Assembly: GCA_026025795.1 (NCBI GenBank)
Contig: JAPEUG010000165.1
Location: 1-34,793 of the forward strand
DNA from: Thelocarpon superellum
Taxonomy: Eukaryota
Direction of reading: 5' to 3'
Length of the DNA stretch: 34,793 nt
A program made the translations under genes and the position numbers. Below are positions 33,609-34,793 of the stretch, piece after piece. Position 1 is the first letter of the stretch, and every line of letters begins with the position of its first letter. The notes beneath the pieces were generated by a model. That model did no database searches, was not told where the DNA came from, and saw nothing but the letters and a program-made list of their open reading frames with translations.

Positions 33609-34793
33609 TCAGGCATTCAAGAACCAGACGCTCGCAATGGCAGTGGTTAGAAGAAGATAAGAAATCGCATGGAGCTGAGAAGGCGCGGCGCCGGTGAAGC
33701 TCGCGGGAGGGGCGGCGGCCGAGGCCGTGCCACCGTCCGATGCGCTGGACGTGGAGCTGGTCGGACCCGATGCGCCAGACGACGCCACGGAAGATCCTCC
33801 AGGCGAGAGTGGAGAGCTGGAAGGGCTCCCACTACTCGGCCCGGGGGTCGTGTGAGGGGGGGATTTGCTACTCGGAGGGTGACTCGACGTAGGGCTGGTA
33901 TTCAAGGCGGGTGCAGCAGCCACGGCACTGGCCCCAGACGTTGACGCCCCGCCAGAAACTTCGCTTTGCGCTGGTGAGGCGCTGGACACGGTCGCGGCAA
34001 GATCGCTCCCAGAACAAAAGTCGAGGAATTGTTGCAGGTCGGGTTGGACAGAGTCGGCAAAAGAGGTTGACTTGCCACCGGCATGATCGGCGATGCACGC
34101 CTTGCAACCGTCCACGTCCGCAGTAAATGCGTTCTGCGGATCGCAGAGCGCCGGCGTCTTCCCGGACGATTCCGCCTCGAGCGCGGGCGCGTCTAGGAGA
34201 ACTCGTCAGCGGCGTGGGTCGGGCACGCTCCTCATAGACTTACTGCAATCGTCGTAGCAAGCTGGCGGAGCGGTCTCTGCTCGCTTGCTCAACCGGCTCT
34301 GGTCCCCAGCCATGATGGCTCGCGCCACGCGTGCCACGCGCACCGTCAGCTCGGCATAACTCCGCTTCGTCTTTGCTCCCGGTACGTCCGTCGTGGCAGC
34401 ACCACCCTGCTGGTCCACCACAACCGACGACTGCGTCACGAAGATGTCGTAGCCCAAACTGAAATTTTGCGGTCCTATATTGAAGTAGTCGTCTTGCAAC
34501 ACGTATTTTGCTGTTGCGTTCGACGTCACCGGCGCCCCCCAGGACTGTGGCGGATTAAGCGGCACCACCGGCTCACATTCGTCCGGAGAACAGTAATATC
34601 CTGGATCCGGGAGACCTGCTTCAATCTCACATCCGTCCTCCTTGGGAGGTTTGCAAAGGAATCCAGGGGCACACCCCCAAGTGTAGTCCGTCGGAAGCGG
34701 TCCGGGTGCCGTGTATGTGGGATTGCGGATGCGCTTGGAGCAGACGCTGAGAGTGGGGAGTGTTGAGACTGTCGCAGTCGCCGTGCCAGTCGC
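33609..34793 (-). CDS. Cys-rich, Ser/Thr-rich putative GPI-anchored cell-surface glycoprotein (5' end outside the window); exons >34793-34244 and 34192-33609
   Basis: Frame is open from the window edge: WGCAPGFLCKPP...YYCSPDEC, then CYDDC|NAPALEAESSGKTPALC...C..C...FLDFC, a Ser/Pro/Ala stalk and a hydrophobic tail FTGAA...ISYLLLTTAIASVWFLNA. Intron GTAAGT..GCTGAC..TAG. Confidence 0.85.

Noticed and set aside
1..34793. tRNA, rRNA, CRISPR arrays, transposons, TPP riboswitch, TGA-CTA readthrough
   Set aside because: No cloverleaf, repeat-spacer array, transposase/RT, TIR/LTR or aptamer pattern seen by eye. Stop codons checked lack the readthrough context.

Overview
Eukaryotic DNA from a GC-rich filamentous ascomycete (Pezizomycotina). 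The introns are short GT-AG type with CTRAC/CTCAC branch sites, so most of the six-frame ORF track is noise and the genes had to be spliced by hand. Recognisable genes, in order: PNS1/CTL choline-transporter-like (-), a DUF2415 WD40-like protein (GID11/Ylr149c-like, -), mitochondrial Hsp70 SSC1 (+), a Zn2Cys6 transcription factor (-), a GT71 alpha-1,3-mannosyltransferase (-), an RTA1-family protein (+), a 99-aa spliced single-TM microprotein largely missed by the ORF track (-), mitoribosomal bS21m (-), U1 snRNP Snu71/RBM25-like (+), a nitronate monooxygenase with PTS1 (-) and a 5'-truncated Cys-rich GPI-anchored glycoprotein (-). The first 8 kb look gene-free but hide the 5' end of a minus-strand gene: a TATA palindrome near 2995, a ~1.3-1.4 kb leader whose only AUG sits in a UTR intron, a 10-nt first coding segment and long introns. 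The 18.3-27 kb block also carries several canonical introns outside any recognised gene. No rRNA, tRNA, CRISPR array or transposon was supportable.
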